Source: Welwitschia mirabilis
Lineage: Eukaryota
Assembly (NCBI GenBank): GCA_051453625.1
Contig: JBOZIK010000001.1
Location: 26,442,144 to 26,506,143, forward strand
Length of the DNA stretch: 64,000 bases
Direction: 5' to 3'
A program made the position numbers and the translations under genes. Position 1 is the first letter of the stretch, and each line of letters starts with the position of its first letter. Positions 51,190-63,047 of this stretch are shown here, one piece after another. The notes beneath the pieces were generated by a model, which saw only the letters and a list, made by a program, of their open reading frames with translations, ran no database searches and had not been told where the DNA came from.

Positions 51190-54060
51190 TTCTCACCTTG
51201 GTCTTCTTCATCACTATTATAGATCGNNNNNNNNNNNNNNNNNNNNNNNNNNNNNNNNNNNNNNNNNNNNNNNNNNNNNNNNNNNNNNNNNNNNNNNNNN
51301 NNNNNNNNNNNNNNNNNNNNNNNNNNTCACCTTGGTCTTCTTCATCACTATTATCACTATCGTGGGTGGTGAAGGTTTATTAGATGTATGATAATGAGGA
51401 AGTAGGAGGTGAAGTGTGCCTCTTCCTAGAGTGGCATTGTGAGGTCTTATCAAGGCCTTCAAAGGCATATTTCCTCATATATTGATAAGTTGAGAAGTAA
51501 AGGAGGTCCTAAAGAAACTGTTAGTCTCTGTAAAATGATAATGAAAGTTATATAGATGAGAGTTGTTNNNNNNNNNNNNNNNNNNNNNNNNNNNNNNNNN
51601 NNNNNNNNNNNNNNNNNNNNNNNNNNNNNNNNNNNNNNNNNNNNNNNNNNNNNNNNNNNNNNNNNNNNNNNNNNNNNNNNNNNNNNNNNNNNNNNNNNNN
51701 NNNNNNNNNNNNNNNNNNNNNNNNNNNNNNNNNNNNNNNNNNNNNNNNNNNNNNNNNNNNNNNNNNNNNNNNNNNNNNNNNNNNNNNNNNNNNNNNNNNN
51801 NNNNNNNNNNNNNNNNNNNNNNNNNNNNNNNNNNNNNNNNNNNNNNNNNNNNNNNNNNNNNNNNNNNNNNNNNNNNNNNNNNNNNNNNNNNNNNNNNNNN
51901 NNNNNNNNNNNNNNNNNNNNNNNNNNNNNNNNNNNNNNNNNNNNNNNNNNNNNNNNNNNNNNNNNNNNNNNNNNNNNNNNNNNNNNNNNNNNNNNNNNNN
52001 NNNNNNNNNNNNNNNNNNNNNNNNNNNNNNNNNNNNNNNNNNNNNNNNNNNNNNNNNNNNNNNNNNNNNNNNNNNNNNNNNNNNNNNNNNNNNNNNNNNN
52101 NNNNNNNNNNNNNNNNNNNNNNNNNNNNNNNNNNNNNNNNNNNNNNNNNNNNNNNNNNNNNNNNNNNNNNNNNNNNNNNNNNNNNNNNNNNNNNNNNNNN
52201 NNNNNNNNNNNNNNNNNNNNNNNNNNNNNNNNNNNNNNNNNNNNNNNNNNNNNNNNNNNNNNNNNNNNNNNNNNNNNNNNNNNNNNNNNNNNNNNNNNNN
52301 NNNNNNNNNNNNNNNNNNNNNNNNNNNNNNNNNNNNNNNTAAGTTGAGAAGTAACGGAGGTCCTAAAGAAACTGGTAGTCTCTGCAAAATGATAATGAAA
52401 GTTATATAGATGAGAGTGATTCTACCTGGATTAACTCTATGTGAGAAGATGGTCTTGATTATGGATACACTATAGGTAGTGAAGGTGCATGTGGTCCCCA
52501 TGAGGGTCCAGGTCGCGCGGGCGGATTTTTTAAATAGTGAATAAAATCTTATAATGTGGATGATATAAGANNNNNNNNNNNNNNNNNNNNNNNNNNNNNN
52601 NNNNNNNNNNNNNNNNNNNNNNNNNNNNNNNNNNNNNNNNNNNNNNNNNNNNNNNNNNNNNNNNNNNNNNATGTGGTCATCATGAGGGTCTAGGTGGTGA
52701 TGGTGGATATTTAAAATAGTGAATAAAATCTTATAATGTGGATGATAAAAGATAAAAGGTGAAGCATTTGAGCTCTTACACTCTATTACCTACAGTTCTA
52801 ACCTCTATTATGAAGGATCTAGAGCCTATGACTCCCCTAGAAGATGTGCCCCTATAAAAGTTTGGTACTTTCCTTGAGTCTGTATCTCATTTCTAAAAGA
52901 CTCTTCTAAAGATTCATTATCTAATTCCCTGCTTGAGTCATAACTTGTGCCAAATGGAGCTAAAGTTTCTACTTCTTTTTCCTTTAACTCCTCCTTTGAT
53001 TCTAATCATGTGGGAGTCCTCATGGATTCTCAACTCTCTACTAGTACCTCTCCTTTACTTGAAGTGGATATTTATTTCTTTAGCCTTAATAAGTTTGTTT
53101 TCAAATTTGCTAACCATTTTGTGATTACCTTTAACTGATTTTTCACTAATGACAAGTTATGAGTGGTAGTTGAAAATGATCTCCATATCTATGGTGTCCT
53201 CCTGCTTATGCCCTCACCTAATGTCACTAGCACTTTTCATTTTTTTACCGAATTCTACTAATGGTTTCTTATAATAAATGAGGTTAACTTATGGCATTAA
53301 AAAATCTACACTACTAAGGATCAAGCTTATAAGACATATATGGCCCAAGGTTATCCCCTTCCAAAATAGTGAAATGATATTCATACATAATACAAAACCT
53401 AAATCTATCTAAAAATCAGTGAATAAATAGTATATAATAAAAGTCTACATGGATTTATAGTAAGTATAACTATCATCTCTAACTAATATGTTATAAAAAG
53501 TTGCTAAATTGATAATTAAGGCATTAGATACATGTATTTTCTTTCAATATCTTTAATAAAATTAATTCTACTATGCCCAAATAAAACATTTCTTATTTGA
53601 TGCTGAGGCTCATTAACCATCCTAGAACTAAATATTTCTTTAAAATAATAAATGTAAAACTATGAAGCATTTATATCATCTACCTTAAGTAATGAATTAA
53701 TAAAATGTAGAATTATATGTAAATTTGTACCTCTAATTTGAATTTGAAATGCACTAGTATTATCATAAAATTCATGAATATTTTCCATAGAATTCTCTTA
53801 TCACTAGATATTAAATAGATTGAACAAGTTATACTATCATTTATAAACAAGCTAAATAAAGTAACTTATGAGAAAATTTCTATACCTCTTTTAAAATTCA
53901 AGGATTCTTTCTGCAATGATTAAGTTTTTAAATAAATTTTTAAATCTTCTTTCCATTAACTCATGATAGAACTATAATTCATATTATGATCTTGATTGTT
54001 CTTAGGATTGTTTCTTATCCCTAGAGGTTTTTGTTGTCTTTCTTCTTATCACTTTTACAA
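51190..54060 (-). pseudogene. env-like / putative plant transposon protein ORF, second copy
   Basis: LVIREFYG at about 53783-53806. Collinear with 40560-42230 and interrupted by gaps. Confidence 0.6.
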
Positions 54061-55089
54061 AATATAATGAAGAACTGATAAAAGATCAATTAAAATATGA
54101 GAAACTATGAAAAATAAGGAACCTTTTTATAAAAATCATTATTTGTTTATACTATTAAGATGTCTCAAGAATTCAAGATTTTTAACCAGAGAAGTCTAAG
54201 AAAATGCACCTTGGAAATTTACTCTAGAGAGACGCATGTTAAGTGAGGACTTGAAAATAATATTTGGTGGTTTCTTTTTCTATTAAAAATATCAGAACCC
54301 TAGCTTTTTGGTTCATTTTATATTTATAATAGTACAATCAAAATGTCTATAAAATTTAAGATGTCTAAAACACAAGAACTAGATGTATATAATGTTTAAG
54401 ATGTCTATTATAAAAACATTTCTAATACATTTGCCTACTACCAAGATGTCTACAAAAATTAATATATCTAATTCAAAAAATTAAAATAGTATACTTGTCT
54501 TTCTAATACATCTAAAAAAATCAAGATGTTTAATTTCAAGATTTCTTTAATAGAGATGTATACAAAATTAAAGATGTTTGCAAAAAAATTTCTAATTTTT
54601 TTAAAAATAATATATGACCATTATAATCATAACAATAATAATAAAGAAGATAAAGATCACACACATAATTTTACTTTAACTACATTAGGTACATCTAATT
54701 ATAATCTCAACTCATAAAATAAATTCAATGGATTTGNNNNNNNNNNNNNNNNNNNNNNNNNNNNNNNNNNNNNNNNNNNNNNNNNNNNNNNNNNNNNNNN
54801 NNNNNNNNNNNNNNNNNNNNNNNNNNNNNNNNNNNNATCTAATTATAATCTCAACTCATAAAATAAATTCAATGGATTTGAATGTTAAGGATGTTACCTA
54901 CTTTTCTTACTTGATTAGGCAAGGCCAAATCTTCAAGTTTTAATACAAATTAGTATATCCTTTAGTGGCTTAAGATTTTACAATTTTATTGACAAATAAA
55001 TCATTGTTGCATTAGGTTATAACACCATTATTATTCCTTGAGTACCTATTAGCAATATTCTAAGTGTGCTTCTTTTTTATCCTAAGATT

Positions 55090-56836
55090 TGATTTTGCTT
55101 TTGATAAGTAAACTTTCCTTAATCTATCCTGCACAAGATAATGTACCAATTTACCATGTCTTTTGGCATTATTAGTGTAATACCTATATTTAACTTTTAT
55201 TAAACATCTATACTAATACTAACCTTTATAATTATAATAATAGCAAATGATGTTATTTATATATGCCAATGCTCATAACTTAGCATATAATTCCATTTTT
55301 CAAATAGAGGAACTAAAGTGGTAGTTATAGATTTATTGTGTCCCAAGACACTATTGTCATTTGAATTTATTCTTTGGCCAAAATGATATTTGAGGTTTTT
55401 TTTTTTTTGAAATTTTTCAATGATTTTATTTGAATCTAAAAGTTCCTATCTTACATTCTTCAAAACACACATTAGTCTACCTACCTTAGCTTTAAGAGTT
55501 GCATTTTTAATGGATAATTTATTATAAGAATTCTTTTCTTATTCATATGCCTTTTCATGAGTACTAGGTAGATTTTTCATCTTTGTATATTATTTTTTAG
55601 ATTAATGAACTCTTCAAAAATTAATTCATTTTTTGGTTTGAATACTCATACTTGTGTCACCTTCAGTATTTGGATTGTATTCCTCTTTTGAATTATTACG
55701 TTCATCTTAAGTGTGTGCTATAGCCATATAGGAAGGATGTATTTTCTCATTATCTGATGATTCTTCTTCTATAGCCTTATCATCAACATCTAATCTAATA
55801 AAGAATGATTTCTTCATTTTAAGCTTTTTTTTTTTAATTCATCGTCTTCTAATCTATTAGTAATAGGACATTCAAAGGTAATATGTACTCTTCCTCCACA
55901 TACCCAACATTCTATTTTTGAAATATCAGGAAAAAAGAAATCATTTGAAGAATTATTGTTTGACTTACCTTGGCTAGAAAACTAGGTAATTTCTTGGAGT
56001 CTTTCATCTTATTGTATTTTTATACTAGAAGTCTCTTAAATTTTTTCATAATTAAGGCAATTTTTTCATTTTCATTATCAGAGTCATATTCTTCCTATTC
56101 CTCTTTTACCTTTTCTTTTGATCTTTGATTTGTGCTTTATCTTGCATTGAGTAAAATGTATTTTTATTTTAAAGCTCCATCTTGAATGAGATTCATTTCA
56201 TATGCAGTACAAGCACTCTATAGCTTTTTTATCTTCATTGTAATAAAATCTCTAGATTCTTTCATAACCATGGTCTTTGGTATATAATTAGGGGTTAGTA
56301 ATATGATAACCTTTTGGATTACTTTTACTTCATTAATATCTTCTCTAATGCCACATATTGCATTCACAATTTTTTGAAACTATCAAAGTACTCATGAACC
56401 CTTTCTCCATGGTTGATTTTGAGTTTCTTGAATAATTCATCCAAACTAGAATCTTATATTATTTCATAACTAACCTACCTTTGTACGTTCCAACTAGAAC
56501 ATTCTAAATTTCTTGAGTTGTCTTGCAACCTACTATTCTATTGAAATATTCTATAGATAAACCAAAATAAAGTGCATTCTTAGCTTTAGAGTCATAAATA
56601 AAGGCATCTTTTTCTTCATCTATCTAGTTTTTTTTTTTTTTTTTCTCACTCTTTATCTAAGTAATTGTATTACTTGTAGCATTTGTAACATTATCGATAA
56701 GATCTAAGTATTCTCCTTTTATGCTCTACCATACCTGAATCTCAAAAAACTATAAGTACACCTACATCCTCATTTTCTAATTGGTATAGTTTGTCGCATC
56801 AAAATGTGGAGGTTTAATAAATGGAACTCCTTCCAT
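55090..56836 (-). pseudogene. gag: Copia (SIRE-type) gag pseudogene, second copy
   Basis: MEGVPFIKPPHFDATNYTN*KMRM*VYL at the start, and zinc knuckle ECWVCGGRVHITFECP at about 55865-55912. Confidence 0.82.
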
Positions 56837-56888
56837 TGTCCACTTAAGAAAGTTACTCCTTTTTATGAGCACTAGCTCTAATAGCACT

Positions 56889-57620
56889 TAAGGATTAATT
56901 GAACTTCTAGAAGAGGGGTGAATGAGTTTGATTAAATAAAAATTAAAGTAATAAAAAATAAAAATACATAATAATAATACACCTTACTAAGATAATGTGG
57001 TTTCTTAACCTAGGTACATCCACATATAGAGGATAGCTTTTTATCACATCTCTAGATATTCTTAACCTTGAATAAATAGTGGTTTTCTAATGCAACCCCA
57101 ACCATATAATAAATAATATTTTTCTTATAAAAAAACACTCTCTTTCCCTCAAGGAAAAAATCAGTTTCATAGTTGCACCATTAATCATTACAATAGTGAG
57201 AGTCTACTCGAAAGGAAATACTCTCCCATTTATGAGGAAATAATGGTTTTTTATCTACTAATAACCTTACATTAAACAAGTACCTAAAAATACAATATCA
57301 AATATACACCCCTATAAGGGTTGTCTTACAAGGTATATGATATTTAATAAATGCACTTTAGAATAGTATTCAATAATAACATAGTCCATAATGTAAATAG
57401 AAAATACAACATAACAATAAGTCTAAAGGTATTTCTTTGATGATGAAGATTTAATAACCTTGATGTTGTTATTCTTATCATGAATATAAATCGAAAATGC
57501 AACAATCTGAGTTTAACTAATGAAAACAATGTTATGTCCTTGCTAATGAATGTTTTGATTTATTTATAAGAGGTTTCCTTAACTTATCCTTTTTATTATC
57601 TACATATTTATTTAATTCAA
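56889..57620 (-). repeat. Partial SIRE-like LTR (3' half) upstream of PBS
   Basis: PBS TGCTATTAGAGC at 56875-56886. C-rich CATTCACCCCTCT near the LTR end. Runs into a 100-N gap. Confidence 0.75.
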
Positions 57621-57832
57621 NNNNNNNNNNNNNNNNNNNNNNNNNNNNNNNNNNNNNNNNNNNNNNNNNNNNNNNNNNNNNNNNNNNNNNNNNNNNNNNN
57701 NNNNNNNNNNNNNNNNNNNNTCTGATAGGTATAGTTTATTTCATTGAAGAGAAAAGGTCTAATATATGTTACTCCTTTCATGTTTAATCAAGGAAGTTAC
57801 TCCTTTTCATGAGTACTTACTCTAGTACCACT

Positions 57833-59310
57833 TGAGAATCAATTGAACTCAAAGAAAAGAGATGAATGAGTTTCACCAAATAAAAATATTTAAACTAATA
57901 GTAGAATTATATGGAAATTCATAATTAAAAATACCTTACCAAATAATATGATTACCCAACTTGGATACATCATACATAAATAATAGCTTCTACTCACATC
58001 TCTTGATATTCTTAAACTATAAGAAATAGTGATTTTCTAATGTATCACCAACCTTATAATAAATAAGAGTCTGCTTATAAGGCATTGCTCTCTACCCCTT
58101 AAGGGAATAGTGGTTTTCATAGGCACATCATAAAAGTTTACAATAATGAAATTTTCCTCATAAGAAAATACTTTATCCCTTATAAGGAAATAATGGTTTT
58201 TTGTCTTACTAATAACTTTACATCAAATAAGTACCTAAAATTATAACATCAAAATCACACCCCTATAATGGTCCCCTTATAAAGTATTTGATATTCAAGA
58301 AATTGGACTTTACAATAATATTTAATAATAAGATAGTCCAAAATGAAAACTAAAATACAACATAATAATAAGCCTAAATATCTTGCTTTGATGAAGATTT
58401 TAGATCTTTAAAGTTTTTATTATTGTCACAAGTATAAATGAATAATGTAGTAATGTAGATCCAAGATTAGATAATGTAAGCAATGCAAGATTCTAGCTCA
58501 TGAACTCTTTTGATTTCTTTGTAAAAATTTCCTTTACTTATATTTGAAGATTTGTATATTTGTTTTATTCAATGAAGTGCCAAGGGTTATTTCTTAGATT
58601 TGTGACATTGAGACTTTATAAGATTGAGGAAGATCTAGCCATTTGAGATTGAAAAATAGCAATTTAATTCTATAACCACTATATAATGGATAATCAACAT
58701 TTATGCTATGGGAACATAACTTTAATTTTAATTATATGAACTTTGGTTCAAAACATTTTTAATGTTGTAGACATCTTCACTTCTAATGTCTTTACTTTTA
58801 TAGATGTCTCTACTCAACTTACCCACATTTTGATGAATTTTTCTCTGTAGGATTTTGATGAATTTTATCCTATAGTATCCTTGGACCTTCATGATCATGA
58901 ATTTGTGATGTACAAGTTTATATCTCATCTAAAACATAAGTTATTAGTTGAAAGCAAAATTCACTCTTTTACTTGTTTTAACTCAATATAGGCATCTTCA
59001 AATATGTGGATTTCTTCATCTATGTCAGGTTCAACTTTTAGTTTAGTTATCTTAAATATGATAGTTTTCTTTTAGCTTATGAATAAATTCTAGTACATGT
59101 GAAATCTCTTTAGATTTTCAAATGTCTTCATTGAGATGTCCTCAATTTTTCTAGATGTTTTCAAATAATTGATGTGATATTGTAGCATTTAATCCTTTTC
59201 ATGAGATGTTTCCTCAGAAGATCTATCATGATCTAGTATTTATCAAGGTCTGATATCCCTATAATGACATGTCTACATAATGTCATAAAATATTTAACAA
59301 GTGAAATCAC
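57833..59310 (-). repeat. 5' LTR of copy B2 with its own PBS and gag start
   Basis: LTR ends TTCTCA, then AG, then TGGTACTAGAGT. Gag start MKGVTYIRPFLFNEINYTY at 57781 to 57721. About 20 terminal nt appear deleted at 59310. Confidence 0.8.
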
Positions 59311-60930
59311 AATATACCTTGTGATTTATAATTATACTCTCCTATATGTAATGGTTAGGAATAAAACCTCATTGGTACATTTTTATAGTTTTTAATAGGA
59401 GAGATTGGATTCCCTAAATCAAAATCTACAAGATGATTGCATAGAAGTAAGAACACAATCTAATAAGCCTATAATTAGAAAAAGGAAAAAATTTAATCTT
59501 TGTTAAGAATAAGAACTATCATAGTATTCTTCCAATATTTTAGAAAAGTTCCAAATTAAAAACATTTTTGGATTATGGCCATTATTTACTTACTTATAAT
59601 GTGTCAAGAGTCTTTGAGGAATTTAAAATCCCATCCATGTGAATAAAGAGACTTATCCATTGATGAAGTGTAAATCATCTTTCTAATATTCTTTTTTAAG
59701 ATATCCTCTAAATCCTTTTATTATTAACATCTCTAAACATTTTTAAAAGAAATATACTTGAATGATAGGATCCACTGGAGCTTATGTTGTAAAAATAACT
59801 TAAAAATATCTCTTTATCATATCTTTATTTTTATTTTCAAATTATAAACATTTAACTAATTATTTATTTAACCTCATTCAGTAGTTATGCATGAAAATAT
59901 TTAAGATTTTAGTTATTCTCCTTAGTCTATTTATCTCTAACTCTTTATTTCTAATAGATATCTTATTCTCATATGGCTTGTTTGACTTTTTATTCTTCTA
60001 CTATCATCTTCTTTATCATTTCCTTCCAATCTAGGAATTTTCTTTTATTTATATACACTTATATAATCCTATTTATTTGATGTTGAGTATTTGAAAATTA
60101 TGAATTCATTTTTCATCTTTCATGAGCCTAGTGAAATTTCTCAAATTTGATTTAAGAGTTTTACTCCCTTTTTTCTCTATTGAGTAACTAAATCTACTTA
60201 AGATTCTTTTTCATTTCATCTTAATGGAGCTAGGTATTTTTAAAAATAAAGGACTTTACTTAGAGCTACATTTGATCCATTCACAAATAATGCATCTATA
60301 ATCTGACATAATTTAAGAAAATGCCCTCTCGGTGAAAACATCAACATTCCAAAACTTTTCCATGATAAAAATTCTATTCATAATGATCTTTTTCATGTTT
60401 TATTTAATCTTGTTCACTTCTACATTAAATAAACCAAATAAGTGGCAATCTATATCATCATTCCAACCACCTCAATCCCTTAAAATATTCTCTTCTCTAT
60501 GATAGATGCATTGTAATTAGTCCTTTTGATAGGACTATAGGTCATGTTTGAATTCCTATCCATAAGACATTCTCATTTCTCTCCAATATTGAAAATTTAT
60601 TTTTAAATTCTTTGTTTATCTTATTTTAAGATTGGTTCACATACATAAATTAGTCTGATCTCTCTTTCCACAAACTTGTAAAGCATGCTTCTTTTTAATA
60701 TATGTTTGAAAAGTTAAGTGGTTATTTCATAAAATTAACAAGCCACCACTCCTAATAATGAAACCTACTAAATCTCTCTTTTACCCTCAGTAATGTCTTA
60801 ATTAAAAATATACGAGCTTTATTTCTTATGAAAGAATCATTTCTACTTTATTTTTTTAAGCTGTAACCAAAATAAATTTCTATTTGTTAGGACCATCAAG
60901 CCTACATAGGTTTAGATGAGGATTCTTATA
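59311..60930 (-). pseudogene. L1-type LINE ORF2, AP-endonuclease and RT N-terminal part
   Basis: MILS*EIKL (cf. LQETKL), RSGGLLIL*N (about 60725-60755), SDYRCII (cf. SDH.PI), KSFIFKNT*L (cf. PFRFEN.WL), DKSLYSHGWDFKFLKDS*HII (cf. KAPGPDG...W.II), YRLIRLCS (cf. YRPISLCN), GFIPNHYI*E. Confidence 0.82.
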
Positions 60931-61850
60931 AATATTGATAATTTATCATAGTCTTCATTAGTGTGCCTTTAATCATTACACTTATCACCTTATCTTGTTT
61001 TATACTCACTTATATTATGCCATCTAAAATATCTTGTATATCATCTACTACATCTTGAGTTATACTACATGGTAGTCATTCTTGTATCTATGATCATTTT
61101 GATCCCTTGAATTAGGTACACTAGGGACCCTTCCTCTAGATATAATCCTGATTCTATTTTTAGTATTTTTGACCTTTCCTCCTACAAATCATTTTTATGA
61201 AGTTAGTTATTTTACTAGGAGTTGGATAGTTTTCTTATGATACTCTCTACTTAGGTTGTGCTTGATAGTTTTTTTCTTTTTCTTAGACATCACTAGCTAT
61301 CATACCTAGTTTTTTCCATACTTTTTATTGTTACCTGTTTTAAATTACACTTGCATGGGCTTACTTATCTTTTTTTGAAAATTATTTCTTACTCACTCAA
61401 TTTCCTTGAATTGTAATTAGGAGTCTTCAACATGTTTCTACATATAGTATTTTGGATTTTTATCCTTCGTACTAGTTCCTTAGAAGTATTTTAATTTCCT
61501 ATAAGATTACCATTGATAACTTTCTCTTTACTCTTCCTTGTGCTTCCACCCTTGAAAATTAACTTTTGCTTAGTACCTTGTAGTCTTTTTTCATCCTATA
61601 AATCATTCATCATCCTTTCCTAAGAAGGCATCCTTTATTTTCTTCCAAATGAAGAAATTTTTCTTCTTCATACATATTTGACATAAGTTTAGGATGTTTT
61701 AATAAATCATATAATGTTGGAAGATCTTGTGAGGCCTTTGGATTAAAGGATCAATTCAATATCATTTACCATTCAAATATAGATTCTAACATTTACAATA
61801 AGGAATACCCTTGACATAATCTTATTAACCATTATGAATGTTTAAAAACA
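60931..61850 (-). pseudogene. Possible LINE ORF1 C-terminal remnant
   Basis: Lies upstream of ORF2, with an A-rich sense strand and a weak LCQIC zinc-knuckle-like motif at about 61670-61690. Confidence 0.35.
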
Positions 61851-62970
61851 TGTATCATGTGTTTTAAATACAACTTCTTTTGTTTAATTAATAATCTTTA
61901 ATCTTTAAAAAATAATGTAACACATACAAATACTATAGTATATAGGTAAGTTAATCTAAAATTATAAAGCTAGAATAAAGTGAGTTAAAATATCTAATTC
62001 ATGAAGAAGAGAGAAAGAGAGATAAGAGGAAGAAAAATATATACATTTTTGAAAATTTTATTATTGAAACATAGAAATAAAATCAACAATGCAAGTGATA
62101 ATGTAAAAATAAGAAGATGAAATTAAGAATTTAATGGGATGGAAATGCAATAACTTAAGTTCAATTTATTAACTATTTTTCTAAGTTTCTATTACCTAAA
62201 TTATCCCTCATAAACTATAATATATCACTATGAATATTACAAAATAATTGAACAAATACATTATGGAAAATAAGTCAAAAACAAAAGTTTGAAAAAAAAA
62301 ATTTATTATTACTTCCATGAATAAGGTATTATTTCATACTTTATAAGTAATATCACCTCAATAAAGTATGCATAGTTTAACACCAAGAAAACCCTTCTGA
62401 CAAGTTGTATGGGATTTTATCATATGACACTCTAATCATTATAAAGTATAAATTTTTTTAAAGATAAGAAATGGATTTCTTAAGGGAATAGTTACAATTT
62501 TGGATTATTAATTGGAATCACTAAGAGATAGGAACTGAAGATATGTAATTACATTAATAATATGATTAGTTTTTGCATCATTTATAGTGGTCATTCTCTT
62601 AGCCTTCATCTAAACAACTAGGTGGATAAAGTTTTCAAATATTAAGAACAATCTATCATGTCATCCCTTATGAAATATGGCTTTTATTAGTATTTAGTAT
62701 AGAGCTTTATATAAATGACCTAAAGTGGAAGACTATTAGAGAATAGGATGTGGGTTCTACTAAGAGTCATCCTAGATCTTTATCTAGATTACCTATGGAA
62801 TGACTATATCTAAATAAAGAAATTCAATCTCTTTATTTTCTTATTATTAGTCTTATTTTTATGTCATAAAATATCCTTCATTTATTTATTTCATTTAGAT
62901 GACCATCGCCTGAATGAATAACCTCAAATGCTCCACCTTTACTACATCATCATTATTCAAATAACAAGGT
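61850..62970 (-). repeat. Divergent family A-related LTR, minus strand
   Basis: TTAACACCAAGAAAACCCTT (about 62378) is a near reverse complement of AAGAGGTTTCCTTGGTGTTAG (63661). Also carries GTCATCC motifs and TTGCATTTCCAT runs. Ends are unclear. Confidence 0.45.
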
Positions 62971-63047
62971 AGTCAAGTTATTCACCTACTTAATCAAAAA
63001 AAGAAGAGAGGTGGACAAAGTAGTTAAATCATGTTTTTAATCATTAC

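Larger units (their letters stand above)
48851..59310 (-). mobile_element. Sirevirus-like pol-less copia element (copy B2, composite with three LTR segments) inserted in the LINE
   Basis: LTRs at 48851-50354 and 57833-59310. PPT at 50355-50368. PBS at 56875-56886 and 57819-57830. Flanks AATCT and AATAT. Confidence 0.8.

Noticed and set aside
5897..52501. Long ORFs in the supplied track (e.g. 5897-6592, 9316-10365, 11511-12290, 18655-19248, 51548-52501)
   Set aside because: They are open only because they run through N gaps.
52501..52530. Isolated CpG-rich patch GGTCGCGCGGGCGG
   Set aside because: It sits beside a gap, and the overlapping copy at 52681-52720 reads GGTGGTGATGGTGG. Most likely a low-quality read end.
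5800..54880. Near-identical direct repeats flanking gaps (5800-5952/6588-6742, 18655-18716/19163-19225, 25970-26257/26358-26611, 35565-35857/35958-36250, 37955-38087/38188-38320, 51487-51567/52340-52420, 54692-54736/54837-54880)
   Set aside because: This is the typical pattern of unmerged overlapping contig ends or haplotypes, so I did not treat them as biological tandem duplications.
59395..59425. LGNPISP reading resembling the RT motif QGDPLSP
   Set aside because: It is in the wrong position relative to the flanking RT motifs. The better-placed equivalent is near 48620-48635.
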